34,063 nt of DNA from Octopus sinensis (Eukaryota). The DNA lies in assembly GCF_006345805.1 (NCBI RefSeq), contig NW_021831936.1:1-34063 (forward strand), read 5' to 3'. Under the pieces are notes generated by a model. That model was not told the DNA's origin and searched no databases. It worked only from the letters and a program-made list of their open reading frames with translations. Of the stretch, positions 12,072 to 24,203 are shown piece after piece. Made by a program: the position numbers and the translations under genes. The number at the start of each line of letters is the position of its first letter. The stretch's first letter is position 1.

Positions 12072-12180
12072 AGGCATGTCTTAGTGGTTAGGGTTTTCGG
12101 TTCATGATCGTGAGATCGTGAGTTCCATACCCGGCGGCACGTTTTTCCTTGAGCATGACATTTTCTTTCCCGACTTCATC
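12072..12180 (+). mobile_element. Degenerate SINE head
   Basis: A-box-like GTCTTAGTGGTTAGG, B-box-like GAGTTCCATACCC, then the start of the core CCTTGAGCA. Confidence 0.55.
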
Positions 12181-12599
12181 CATAATATTTCATTCGCTAC
12201 TCTAGGTGTGCTTCGGGTCTATCTGTCTGTCTTTGCCTTATTCAGTAGGTTCTCAGAAACAGGAAGACTCGCAGCAGGATGTGTTGGTCATTGATGAAGT
12301 CACGGATGGATACGAAAGATTCTGACGAACCTAGCTGATTGATTATAGACTGTCCGATTATTCAAACACTTGATTAAATAACTAGTTAAACGGCTAACTA
12401 GTCGACTAATAATAATGGTAAAAGAGGTGAAATATACCCAGTGCATGTATTTATATTTACATAATGATCGTACCAAAGGCAATAAAAGAGATGATATCTC
12501 TTCTCTTTCTGAAATTGCCTTTGTGCTAAAGTTTATTTAAAATACAACCTTAGTTTATTGCCTATTATAGAAAACGAAGTGGGAATAGTTTCATAGTAT

Positions 12600-12802
12600 T
12601 GCATACAATTTGGCACAAGACCAGCAATTTCGAGGGAGGGGAAGTTGATTACATCGATCCCAGTATTCAGCTGGTACTTATTTTATCGACCCTGCAATGA
12701 TGAAAGGCAGAGTCGATCCGAGCTCAAGACGTAAGGACGGATGAAATGTCAGCAAACGTTTTACTCGACCTGCCAACGATTCTGCCCACTCGCCGCCGCC
12801 TT
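12600..12802 (-). mobile_element. tRNA-derived SINE (family A)
   Basis: rc GGCGGCGAGTGGGCAGAATCGTTGGCA...GGTCGATAAAATAAGTACCAG... Confidence 0.8.
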
Positions 12803-12982
12803 ATGCTTTTATAATAGTTTCTTTTGCTTGTTCTTTATTTTTATTTTTTGTTTAATCTTTAAAATTCAGTTAAGTCCACTTTTTGATTTAGTTTGTTCTT
12901 TATTTTGTTAATTTTAATTCTGATATTCTGTTGCAGAACATGCTGATATATTTGCTATCATTATTGTTGTTGTTGTTGTTTT

Positions 12983-13014
<32 letters not shown>

Positions 13015-14027
13015 TCGTCGTCGTCGTTGTTGTTGTTGTTGGGAAATTCTGTGAACCTGGTGAGATTTTCTAAAATGTTACCTGCTGCTTGTATTTATAT
13101 ATACCGGAGCGAAATCCATTGGCGATAACTCAGACGAGTGATCTTATAAATGAAGAGACAACCTAACCACATAAACTGTTCACTAACATTAAGCGCGTCA
13201 GTTTAATGAGTAGAAACCTAGATGTCGCTGTAGTATTTCATCGTGGATTTCACTTGGATTGGGTCGAGAATCGGCAACTATGAAGGTTTGTTTGCTACTC
13301 AAATGGAGGCTAATATTTTGAATATAGCTTTTGCTTTGTTTTTAAAGGTCAAATCGCTTTTGCTTTGTTGTTAAAGGTCAAATCGCGTTCAATCATCATC
13401 AGTGAATATCAAGCTAATAGAAATAGCAGCCAAAGCTTTTCAAATTACACCCTACCGTCTTAACATACAGAAGGACCCATTTACAGATGTAGCCCAAGGT
13501 ATGCAAAAAGATGGGTCGGTCATAGTTGCAATGACATTGATGAGAAGACTGCTCGACCAAACCTCTGCTAACGTGTGGCTAAACGGCATTAATGCTTATA
13601 GGGGGAACTAACAATAGTAAAAATATAAAGGTTTTAGTTGTGTGGTGTTCACGACTGTAACCTCTGGCAATATTGACAAGCGTGGCATCTTAGACAAATG
13701 CCAATTGCTGTAATCTCGGATCGTACTGAAACCCTGCGAATAAAATTTAAGAATCGGCACCTGCTAGAAATCCTCTCGAAGGGAATATACCTTTTGATAC
13801 AAATATCCTACATTTTCTTATATTGTTCTTTCGTGGATTTCATCTAAGAAATATGTTAACATTTACGTTCTCTAGAGTTCTGTTGCCAGGAACTAATACA
13901 TGTTTTTAACTTTTCATTCACCGATAAAATAAAAGTACTTATACCGGGGGTTAATGTAATCAACTGTACTCTTTCTCTTCCCCTAAATGTGTGGTCTTCA
14001 ACATAATAATTACAATAATAATAATAA

Positions 14028-14074
<47 letters not shown>

Positions 14075-14086
14075 ATTATTATTATT

Positions 14087-14295
14087 AAGGCAGAATCGTT
14101 AGCGCTCTGGGCGAAATGCTTAGCGGTATTTCGCCCGTTGCTACTTTCTTAGTTCAAATTCCACCAAAGGTGACTTACTGTTTATCCTTTCGGGGTCGAT
14201 AAAATAAGTACCAGTTAAACACTGGGATCGATGTAATCGACTCATCGCTTCCGACAAAATTGCTGCCCTTGTGGCAAAATTTGAAACCATTATTA
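14087..14295 (+). mobile_element. tRNA-derived SINE (family A) between (ATT)n tracts
   Basis: GCAGAATCGTTAGCG...GCGAAATGCTTAGCGGTATTTCG...GTTCAAATTCC...GGGGTCGATAAAATAAGTACCAG. Confidence 0.85.
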
Positions 14296-14318
14296 TAATT
14301 TGTAGTAGTAGTTGTAGT

Positions 14319-14412
<94 letters not shown>

Positions 14413-14562
14413 TCTCTTGTTTTAATTCATGAAAATGAAATTACGATAGTCATATGCAATTATTGCTATAATAAAATGCACTGATTCAATAAATATATAA
14501 AAACATTTTCTACTTATACTAAATCTATAAATAGATAGATGTGGGGGGGAGGAGACCTTCTT

Positions 14563-14901
14563 GAGACCCCCTTCGGTCATGACTGACCATGGGACTGCTC
14601 ATAGAAACTTACCCTCCCAGGCACAAGTCCGGGCAAAGTTGTTTATGGAAGACCAGCAGTCGCCCATGCATACCGGCCTCCCCTCTCCATGCCACTGATG
14701 TTATCCAAGGGCAAGGAAAAGGGGGCCGATACAGCTTGGCACCAGTGACGTCGCGACTCATTTCTACAGCTGAGTGAACTGGAGCAACGTGAAATAAAGT
14801 GTCTTGCTCAAGAACACAACACGCAGCCCGGTCCGGAATTCGAACTCACAACCTCACGATCGTAAGCTCGACGCTCTAACCACTGAGCCATGCGTTTTCA
14901 C
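14563..14901 (-). mobile_element. Near full-length tRNA-headed CORE-like SINE (family B)
   Basis: rc A box TGGCTCAGTGG, B box GTTCGAATTCC, core CTTGAGCAAGACACTTTATTTCACGTTGCTCCAG, tail shared with 11278-11479. Confidence 0.88.
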
Positions 14902-16414
14902 CACTGTATTCCAGGTTAATCCTTTTCTACAGATGCTTCATATTTTCATATCAGTTTCTTACGGTTACGTTGGAACAACAAAGTTCTTAAATTCCTATTC
15001 AAAGTTTCCAGCAATTCACAGTCTCATTTTTTCTAAGAATTGAAATAGATTAGGCATCTGCATCGCTTCTTATGTCCCCGATCAAATATTTCCTTTCTTT
15101 TTCTTCTTTCTTGACTCGCCCCTCCCACCAGGATTGTTAGTTTTTTCTGTCAGCTGTCACGTATTAACTTGTTTGCTGTGGTCAATCTCTTTTCTGCTTT
15201 CACCATTAAGCTGCCATATCTGTTTGGGTTGTTGCAAATGGGACTCTGAATGTCTGGAAACGTTAGTTATGGGTTTAGTAACATTATTGTTCCAAACTAA
15301 CTGCGAAATAATGATAAGAAAATATGAAAGATCTTCAGTAAATGAGGATAAAGTTGGAACTCGGTCTCGTCTCTGGTACACAATCGATTTGGCAGTCGAG
15401 ATATTGCATATTCCATGTCCTGCTTTTCTGTTGCTTAAACTGAGTTTCATTTGTGTCCATCCACACGTATTTCTAAATAAATTCTTTCCCTTCAAATTAA
15501 TTTAGAGTTAAGCTAGTTCATATATTTCCTGAAATTAATGATGCTTTAGGGATTGGTACTTTTCTTCTCTATGTTAATTGTAATATACTATATCAGTATT
15601 CTTCTGATGAGAGATAAATTATCTCCCAAAGGATAGGACGCCAGCCCATTACAGACTGGTTTCCTCGCAAGAAGAGATGAGGAACACTCATTTTATTTTA
15701 TATATTTATGCTTTATATTTTTATGTATTTATTTGTTTTTCAGTTACGATAGAATGCAATGTCCATGACATTTCACAGAGCTTCCGACACTGGTGAATGG
15801 AGTGAAACGAGAGAAGAAAATATCTTTACAGCATAGACATGTCTGGAATACTTGTAATAGAATGGGCTCTGCTAAAGACATCCAAGGAACTAGGTTGTAG
15901 CGTTAAAACAGGTAACGTATTAAATGTAACCCCACTGGTAGGTCATGCATGGATTTGAACTCCGAACGCAAAGAGCCAGAACAAATATCTCTAAAAAACA
16001 GGCTTTCAACGTTCTTACAATTCCTCCAATCCACTGCTGTGCACTTGTACTTTTATATATCCACCCCGAAATGATAAAAGACAAAGTTGACCTCGGCAAT
16101 ATTCGAACTCAGACAAGCTATGTGTCAGAATAAATGATGCGCTAATGACTCTACCAATTGACTGTAAAGTCACAGGTATAATCCAACGAATGACAGATCA
16201 AATTTACAAGGCTGCCACTCATTCATGTAGTGGAGAATCACACCAGGCTCTCCTTTGTACATTGAGAGACTTCACGTGATACAGGTACAATACAGACTTT
16301 CCAGACCCTGACAGTCCAAAACCTTTAAAAATGGCACTAATTTATAAACAGGAACTTCAAATCCCCGTGGGCCCCCAGACTAGTTAACCCGTATCTTCTC
16401 AGTACAGTATAAAT

Positions 16415-16661
16415 TCTCTTATTCTTTTACAGGATTTTATTCTTTTACAGGGTTTTTAGTCAAACAAATCGCTCCCAGAACTCATTACTTGTAAGTCTAG
16501 TACATTTTTCTGTTGGGTCTTATACCGAACCGCTAAGTTACAGGGTTGTAAACACACCAATTTCTATAGTAGAAGACACTTGCCCAAGGTGCCACACGGT
16601 GGGACTGAATCCGGAACCATGTGGTTGGGAAGCAAGCTTCTTACCACACAGCCACGCCTGT
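16415..16661 (-). mobile_element. tRNA-derived MIR/CORE-like SINE (family C)
   Basis: rc GGCGTGGCTGTGTGGTAAGAAGCTTGCTTCCCAACCACATGGTTCCGGATTCAGTCCC...CCTTGGGCAAGTGTCTTCTACTATAG. Confidence 0.85.
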
Positions 16662-17119
16662 ATCATTTATATTAATGTACAAGTACCGGCATTTCGTTTA
16701 AGTAAATTTAATATTTGGTTAATTTAGGGTGTATTGACCAAATGACCTCCTGCTTGGAAATATTAGTAAGCCGGAAAGTCTCTGGAACCCAAGGTTCCAG
16801 AAAATTGATGTACTTATAGTTTGAGCTGCTAGAAATAACAACAGCTAAATTTTACTCAAACTATACCTCGTATTCTAGCATTTTGTTATCTAAATGCCAA
16901 TCCAGTCATAGTCTGCTTGGATGATAGACTTCGACGTTGCCCAGTTCAACACCACAACTTCGATACCTTTAGCTATCTCCATTGTGTTGAAAGAATTTGG
17001 GCATTTAGAATATTTTAAGTTCTACAGCCCACTGGGCCTGTATCATGAGCATTGTCTTCCCTACCGACTGAAACAAAAAATTAAGCAATGTTTCTCTTCA
17101 TTAATGTAGTCCAAGACTG

Positions 17120-17430
17120 GGTGAAGGCGCGTGTCTTAGTGGTTAGAGTGAGTGGCTCACGATCTAACGATCGTGAGTTCGATTCCAGGCTGCGCGTATT
17201 TGAGCAAGACACTATATTTCGCATTGCTCCAGTCCACTCATCTGGCAAAAATGAGTTGTACCTGTAATTCACTGGGCCAGCCTTGTGACATTCTGTGTCA
17301 CGCTGAATCCCCTTGAGAATCACGTTAAAGTTACACGTGTCTGTGAAGTGCTCAGCTGTTTCCATGTTAATTTCACGAGCAGGCTGTTCCGTTCATCGGA
17401 TCAATTGGAACCCTTGTCATCGTAACCAGC
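17120..17430 (+). mobile_element. tRNA-derived CORE-like SINE
   Basis: A box GTCTTAGTGG, B box GTTCGATTCC, core TTGAGCAAGACAC...TTGCTCCAGTCCACTC. Confidence 0.85.
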
Positions 17431-17512
17431 TAACAGCCAGTCCCAGATTTATACTAAAGTCTGAATAGAAGCCAAGATGGTCATTATTGGTCTGCATTTC
17501 ATTGCAAGGTCA

Positions 17513-17764
17513 GTGGAGGCGGTGGCTTAGTGGTTTTGGGTGTTGGACTCATGATCGTAATATTGAGGTTTCGATTCCTGGATTGGGCGACGCGTTGTTT
17601 TCTTGAGCAAAACACTTCATTTCATGTTGCTCCAGTTCACGCAGCTGGCAAAAATGAGTAACCCTGTGACGGATCGGCGTCTCGTCCAGGTGGAGAATTC
17701 ATACGCCGTGGGAACCAGGAAAACGGTCTTTATGAGTCGGTACGACACAAGAAGAAAACCTTAC
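17513..17764 (+). mobile_element. tRNA-derived CORE-like SINE
   Basis: TGGCTTAGTGG, TTTCGATTCC, core TCTTGAGCAAAACACTTCATTTCATGTTGCTCCAG. Confidence 0.85.
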
Positions 17765-17832
17765 ATTATAAGGTCTGTCCAATCGGAACTAACCTGGGGC
17801 TAAACACCAGTAAGAAGTTGCCTTTTGACCTT

Positions 17833-17891
17833 AGCATCTTACATACTCCAAGCATCTTACATACTCCAAGCATCTTACATACTCCCAGCAT
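17833..17891. repeat. 18-bp minisatellite (AGCATCTTACATACTCCA) x3.3
   Basis: Directly visible tandem copies. Confidence 0.95.
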
Positions 17892-17920
17892 TTAACTGAA
17901 TTGAGGCATGTGAATGACAG

Positions 17921-18237
17921 TGTAGAGGCGCAATGGCCCAGTGGTTAGGGCAGCGGACTCGCGGTCGAGGGATCACGGTTTCGATTCCCAGACCGAGCAC
18001 TGTGGGTGTTTATTGAGCGAAAAGTTCCACGAGTCTCCGGCAGGTATGGTGGCGATCCATGCTATACTCTTTCGCCGCAACTTTCTCTCACTCTTTCTTC
18101 CTATTTCTCGGGTAACGCTGCGATGGACTGGCGTCCCGTCCAGCTGGGGCGGGGGGGGGGGGACATATGCGCCACAGAAACCGGGAAACTGGGTCCATGA
18201 GCCTAGCTAGGGTTGAAAATAAATAAAAAAATAAAAA
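17921..18237 (+). mobile_element. tRNA-derived SINE with A-rich tail
   Basis: Head GGCGCAATGGCCCAGTGGTTAGGGCAGCGGACTCGCGG...TTTCGATTCCC. An internal segment is shared with 24008-24075. Confidence 0.85.
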
Positions 18238-18648
18238 GAACAGTGTAGTGTCTAATGACATGCGGGTGACACACTTGCAGTAGGACTGAACAAACTAACT
18301 ATGGAGTTCAAGTTTAAACACACCCACTCGACGAGGTTCTATTTCAATGGGTCATGATACACCGAAATATAAGTAGAGAAAAGAAAGTGGTCCATAGAAC
18401 AACAGGTTATTGAGAGAGATGAGGTGCTGATACATGAGTCAGATAGATTGAATAGAACATATTGTTGTTGGTGGTGTCAATATTGTGGGTGTTGCTATTG
18501 TTAATATCGTGGCTTTTAATGTTATTGCTATCATTGTTATTGTTCTTGTAGTTGTTGCTGTTGCAGTGGTTATTGCTGCAGTTGCAAATGGTGTTGCGGT
18601 TGGTGTTGATGATCATGTTGTTGTATGTTATTATTACTGCTTGTTGAT

Positions 18649-18711
18649 AAGGCGGCGAGCTGGCAGAACGTTGGCACGCCGAGCGAAATGCGTAGCCGTA
18701 TTTCGTCTGCA
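18649..18711 (+). mobile_element. SINE family A head fragment
   Basis: AAGGCGGCGAGCTGGCAGAACGTTGGCACGCCGAGCGAAATGCG... Confidence 0.8.
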
Positions 18712-18725
18712 TATATATATATACG

Positions 18726-18765
<40 letters not shown>

Positions 18766-18781
18766 TGTTTATATGTATATA

Positions 18782-18861
<80 letters not shown>

Positions 18862-18997
18862 TATGAGTAACAATGAAGGGTGAAATTAATTAATTTGGAA
18901 TAATTATCAATACACCAAGTAGTCTTCGCATGTAAAAGCCTCATTCGAGGAAAATTTAAGTAATTGCTTAGTATTCCTTAATTGCTTAGTATTACTT

Positions 18998-19047
<50 letters not shown>

Positions 19048-19163
19048 GTGTGTGTGTGTGTGTATGTATGTATATATATATTATATAGTGTAGTGTATGT
19101 ATATATATATATATATGTGTGTGTATGTATGTATATATATATATATATATGTGTGTATGTATG

Positions 19164-19200
<37 letters not shown>

Positions 19201-19412
19201 CGTACACATATATATCATATGTTACATACTTATTATTCATACCTTGATACTGTTTGGACTAAGATCCCCGTTGCCAGGCGCGGGTATTTATGAAGTGTTA
19301 AACAATTTCGGTATACAAATTAGGGACTCCTTCATAGAGTAACTACTGCATTTGTTGTGTATATAAATAGTTTGGCTGCTTGTTTCTCTGGAGACTGTCA
19401 GAATGGTGTGGC

Positions 19413-19458
19413 AGCCTCTGATGAGAACCCAATAAAGTTCGAAAAATCGATTAAGGTT
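19413..19458 (+). ncRNA. Minimal type I hammerhead ribozyme motif
   Basis: Stem I AGCCT/AGGTT, core CTGATGA, stem II GAAC-CCAATAAA-GTTC, GAAA, palindrome AATCGATT, cleavage triplet TTA. There is one apparently extra A after GAAA. Confidence 0.7.
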
Positions 19459-19554
19459 ATTCATCATTTTTGCCCGGAGAAAGGGCAAAAAATTTGCCGT
19501 CTATAATTATACCATATGTTACATTTACATATATATATATATGTGGTGTGTGTG

Positions 19555-19633
<79 letters not shown>

Positions 19634-19799
19634 TATGGTTGGTGAATTGAACAATTCAACTGTATCTTTCTATTAAATGTGTAAATGATGTACTTTAAAG
19701 TTCTGAGGTCAGAGTTTTTGACGAAACCTGAACAATGCCTTACATTCTACCTTGCCAGACAAAATACAAGTATTAATACACGGTTTAATGCGATCAACT

Positions 19800-20650
19800 A
19801 CAATCATAGTGGGGTCTATGTAATCGATTTGTCCCCTCCCCCAAAATTGCTGCCCTTGTGCCTTCAGTAGAAAGGATTATTATTATTAATGTTAATGTGT
19901 CGAGCTGGTAGAATCGTTAGCACTCCGGGCGAAATGCTTAGCGGTATTTTGTCTGCCGTTACGTTCTGAGTTCAAATTCCGGTGAGGTCAACTTTGCCTT
20001 TCATCCTTTCGGGGTCGATTAAATAAGTATCAGATACGCACTGGGGTCGATATAATCGACTTAATCCGTTTGTCTGTCCTTGTTTATCCTCTCTGTGTTT
20101 AGCTCCTTGTGAGTAGTAAAGAAATAGGTATTTCGTCTGTCACTAGGTACTGAGTTCAAATTTCGCCAAGGTCAAATTTACCTTTCATCCTTTCGATAAA
20201 TTAAGTTTCAGTGGGCATCGGCGTGATCGACTTACTCCCTCCCCACAAATTTCAGGCCTTGTGCCTATAGTAGAATCGTTAGCACGCCAGGCAAAATGCT
20301 TAGCGGTATTTCGTCTGCCGTTACGTTCTGGGTTCAAATTCCGCCGAGGTGGACTTTGCCTTTCATCCTTTCGGGGTCGATTAAATAAGTACCAGTTACG
20401 CACTGGGGTCGATATAATCGACTTAATCTGTTTGTCTGTCCTTGTTTGTCTTCTCTGTGTTTAGCCCCTTGTGGATATTAAAGAAATAGGTATTTCGTCC
20501 GTCTTTACGTTGTAAGTTCAAATTCTGCTGCGGTCAGCTTTGCCTTTCATCTTTTCGGGGTCAAAAAACATGTAATAGTCGAATCCTGTGGTCGATGCAA
20601 TCGACTTACCTCCGTCCTCAAAGCCAATGACCGTGTGCCAAAATTTGAAA
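19800..20650 (+). mobile_element. Tandem/nested array of SINE family A copies
   Basis: Repeated heads at about 19900 and 20270, with repeated bodies and tails. Two 184-bp units are bounded by GGTATTT(C/T)GTC. Confidence 0.85.
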
Positions 20651-21746
20651 TCATTGTTGTTGTTTGTGATGGTGTTGCTGTTCAAGCCGCTATTTGCCTA
20701 TTGCGTTGTGATTAATAAGTACAGGTGTTCAATCCGATATAGTCGTTAATAACAACTGTTGCCGTATGTGAAGTTTTTAATTATGAACATGAAATGAGTA
20801 GGCCAGAGCAATTACCGCAAAATATCAATATACAAGAGCCGTCTGTAATTGATTAATACGTTCATTTTCATTTAAACTTATAGATACAGCGAAGAAATAC
20901 AATACTGTTCATTGAAAATGTAAAAGCCATTCATTAAAAAAAAATCTATAAATATATTAAATATTTATATACGGATTAACTATGTATATTTATGAATAAA
21001 TGTTTATTAAGCTATCTTCATGTTTGAGTGTGTGTGAATACACACAGAGCACGCATGAGCCAAGAAGAATTTGCCTGTTATTAGGCTAAATTGTTATCGA
21101 TAAAAAACCACTGATATTCACTTTGAATTCTTAGTGGCTCAAATTTGCTTATGTTCTTATGAACAGACAAACCTAAAGCGTGAGTGCGCATATGTGTACG
21201 CGTTTGTGTATTTGTGTATAACAAATTTTGTCCATTTTTCACCCAGGGCATATCTAATTTATAGCACCTCATATGATAGTCTTTTAAATCGTTTCAGGCC
21301 CAATTCAGTCGGGAATTGTTCACAGAAATGTATGCAAACGTCGGTGGATCATTTGCGGGGTTTTCTTTAATATTTTTGTTGTTGCTTTTTTTTATCCGAT
21401 TACCGTTCGAATGTTACGGTTTCTACTTCGTTCCCTTAATATGTTTTGGGATGGTGTTGAATCCAAGAGGACCAGTTGGGAAGACTAGAGCATGAGTGTT
21501 TTGAGGCAACCCCCATTTTCAAGACAATTAATTTATTTACTCATTCATTTAATTATTTACTGGTTTCGTGAGTGTGTTTGTGTGTGAGTCATCAAGTCTA
21601 AAGTACTTTGGTCAACGCGTTTTAGCAGTGACCAACAGTGCTCAAGGATAAACCGTGAAAATGTAGAGGTCTTTGTACATAATTCAAAGAATGTGTATGT
21701 ATGCATGTGAATGTGTTTTGTGTGTATATATTTATATATATAAACA

Positions 21747-21808
<62 letters not shown>

Positions 21809-21920
21809 TATATATGTATAAGTTGTAATTTTAATAATAATTATAACCTTTGAAGGTTTTTATTTCCATGCTGGCCACTTGATAAGATCGTTATTTAATT
21901 TAAATTAACGATCTCATCAT

Positions 21921-22000
<80 letters not shown>

Positions 22001-22668
22001 CACACACACACACACATGTACATACATATGTATACATACACATAGATGCAGGCGAACATACAAATACACACATACACGCTTATATATATCGTCTGTATAA
22101 GTGTGTGTGTGTGTGTATGTGCGCGCGCGCGTATGTGTGTGTGAAGGGGAGGAGGAAAAGGAGGGGGAGGAAGATGAAGAGGCATCCTTTAGTCAGTTAC
22201 ATGAGATCATGGATCAGCGATTAGCACGTGGAAAGTCTTATTGGCAGAACAGCGTTTGTTATGACTGCAAAAACCCGCATCCGAATGACAGTTCCGGCTA
22301 CACTGACTGCACTTCAAGTCGCTATCCATCCTACCGTTTAGCGACCATTTTCATTTAATTTTTCTCTTTCTGGTAGCAAACTTCAGCTTCTCGCCTCTTT
22401 TCAATCAATTGTCAAGCTAATACCGGTCTCCGGCTGGGACCTTCATCAGCAATACTGTCCCACTTTTAACGATACACACACCATACATAGATGCATACAC
22501 CAACAGACATACAGATAGATAGGTGCACACATAGGTGTGTGTATGTGTGTACATACAGATACACAGCTAGAGGAGACAGATAATTGTGTGTGTTCACGGG
22601 ATCCGTCGACCGAACGAGAGCATACATACAGATATTAGACTCACACTCACATCTGCACAAACACGCAC

Positions 22669-22670
<2 letters not shown>

Positions 22671-22703
<33 letters not shown>

Positions 22704-22893
22704 TGTATGTATGTATGTATGTATGTATGTATGTGTGTGTGTATGTATGTATGTGTGTATGTGTGTATGTATGTATGTATGTATGTGTGTATGTATGTAT
22801 GTATGTGTGTATGTGTGTATGTATGTATGTATGTATGTGTGTGTGTATGTATGTATGTATGTATGTATGTATGTATGTATGTATGTATGTATG
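22671..22893. repeat. (GTAT)n tetranucleotide microsatellite
   Basis: Directly visible. Confidence 0.95.
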
Positions 22894-22989
22894 TTTGTCA
22901 GTGAATAAATCGCGTACAAAGTGATGGGGGGTGGGGAATTAAGAGACATATCACTCAATGCGATGAAAGCAATTTGAACGATGAAAAGA

Positions 22990-23496
22990 TGTCGATGATA
23001 ATGATGACGATAACGATGATGAGGTTCATCATCATCTTCATTATCATCATTGTAATCGCTATCATTTTATTCAAAAAATTTTTCATTCAATTGACGATGA
23101 CGATTATTATGATCGCGTGAGATTGATAGGTTTTTTTTTGTGATGGTAATGATGACAGTTATAAAGAAGAAGAAGAAGAAGAAGAAGAAGAAGAGGAGGG
23201 GGAGGAGGTGGAGGAGGAGGAAGAAGAACGAAACAAACAAGGGAAAGTAAGTATAAAACTCACGAGACTACTACTACTAATACCACTACTACTACTACTA
23301 CTAGCTCTCCTCATACAAATTACATGTGCTAACAGCAACAGCAGCAGCCGTAGCGGCAGCAGCAGGAGTAGCAATAGTAATAGTAGTAGTGGTGGTGGTG
23401 GCGGCGGCGGCAGTGGTGGTGGTGGTGGTGGGGTTGTGGTGGGGTGCGGCAGCGGTGGCGGCGGTGGTGGTAGTAGTAGTAGTAGTGGTGGTGGTG

Positions 23497-23532
<36 letters not shown>

Positions 23533-23536
23533 GCAG
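22990..23536. repeat. Series of trinucleotide microsatellites (GAT, GAA, GAG, CTA, GCA, GTA, GTG, GCG)
   Basis: Directly visible. Confidence 0.9.
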
Positions 23537-23681
23537 CATTGAGGAAGGTCACATATGTGACTTGTGCCAGTATGACATTAACTTCCACGGTAATCTTTCA
23601 TTGGTTATCGATTCAACGAAGAAATAAAACATTTACAATCGCATACTCACACTCTAGTGTGCAGCAGCGAAAGGGAAGGAG

Positions 23682-23714
<33 letters not shown>

Positions 23715-24007
23715 TACGTGGGAGGAAAAGGAAAGGGAGTGAGGGATAGAAAAACAGAGTATGTGGGAGAGAGAGATAAAAAGAGGGAGAGAGAGACGGA
23801 TAGAGAGTAAGAGAAGACGGATGACGTATGCATTACAAAACCCATATTTAGAGAGGTTAGCATTACACAAAAGTTAAACACAGAAACACACAGACACTCA
23901 TAGATGCTCAAACTGTGCGTGTGTACACATTGGGAGAAAGAGAGACACAGGAGAGACAGACAGACAGAGGTTGACGAGCGGGGAGACACACACACATACA
24001 CACACAC

Positions 24008-24195
24008 GGCAGGGGGTGGTGGTGATCCCTACGGTACTCTTTCGCCACAAATTTCTCTCACTCTTTCTTCTGTTGGCCTGATCGCTTAGTCAGCGGGGTG
24101 GCGTCATTTAGAGGCTAAAACAATGCGAAGCGCATTGTGACCAGCGATGTGCAGCAACATCTGATAGCTTGGTCGGTCACGGTGATCACGGTGAT
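24008..24195 (+). mobile_element. SINE 3' fragment
   Basis: Shares GATCC..C..TACTCTTTCGCC.CAA.TTTCTCTCACTCTTTCTTC with 18055-18100. Confidence 0.7.
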
Positions 24196-24203
24196 ATATA
24201 TAT

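Noticed and set aside
15060-15500. Possible LINE-like coding remnant on the minus strand
   Set aside because: Many stops and no motif I can assign with confidence; a tBLASTx or Dfam search is needed.
15604-15630. CTGATGA followed by a perfect GAGATA/TATCTC hairpin
   Set aside because: GAAA is replaced by CCAAA, and there is no stem I or III, so it is not a supportable hammerhead.
17833-17891. CRISPR-like repeat
   Set aside because: The units are contiguous with no spacers and the context is eukaryotic; it is a simple minisatellite.
17921-18010. tRNA gene
   Set aside because: It has A and B boxes but runs into a SINE body and A-rich tail, and no acceptor stem closes.
22101-22358. ORF containing NSVCYDCKNPHP, reminiscent of an ArfGAP zinc finger
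   Set aside because: Cysteine spacing is wrong, the fourth Cys and the W-A-S/H-R motifs are absent, and the ORF starts in a microsatellite with a non-ATG codon.
23208-23627. 139-aa ORF resembling a signal peptide plus Gly/Ser-rich secreted protein
   Set aside because: The hydrophobic and Gly/Ser tracts are direct translations of (CTA)n, (GTA)n and (GTG)n microsatellites, the start is non-ATG, and there is no independent coding evidence.
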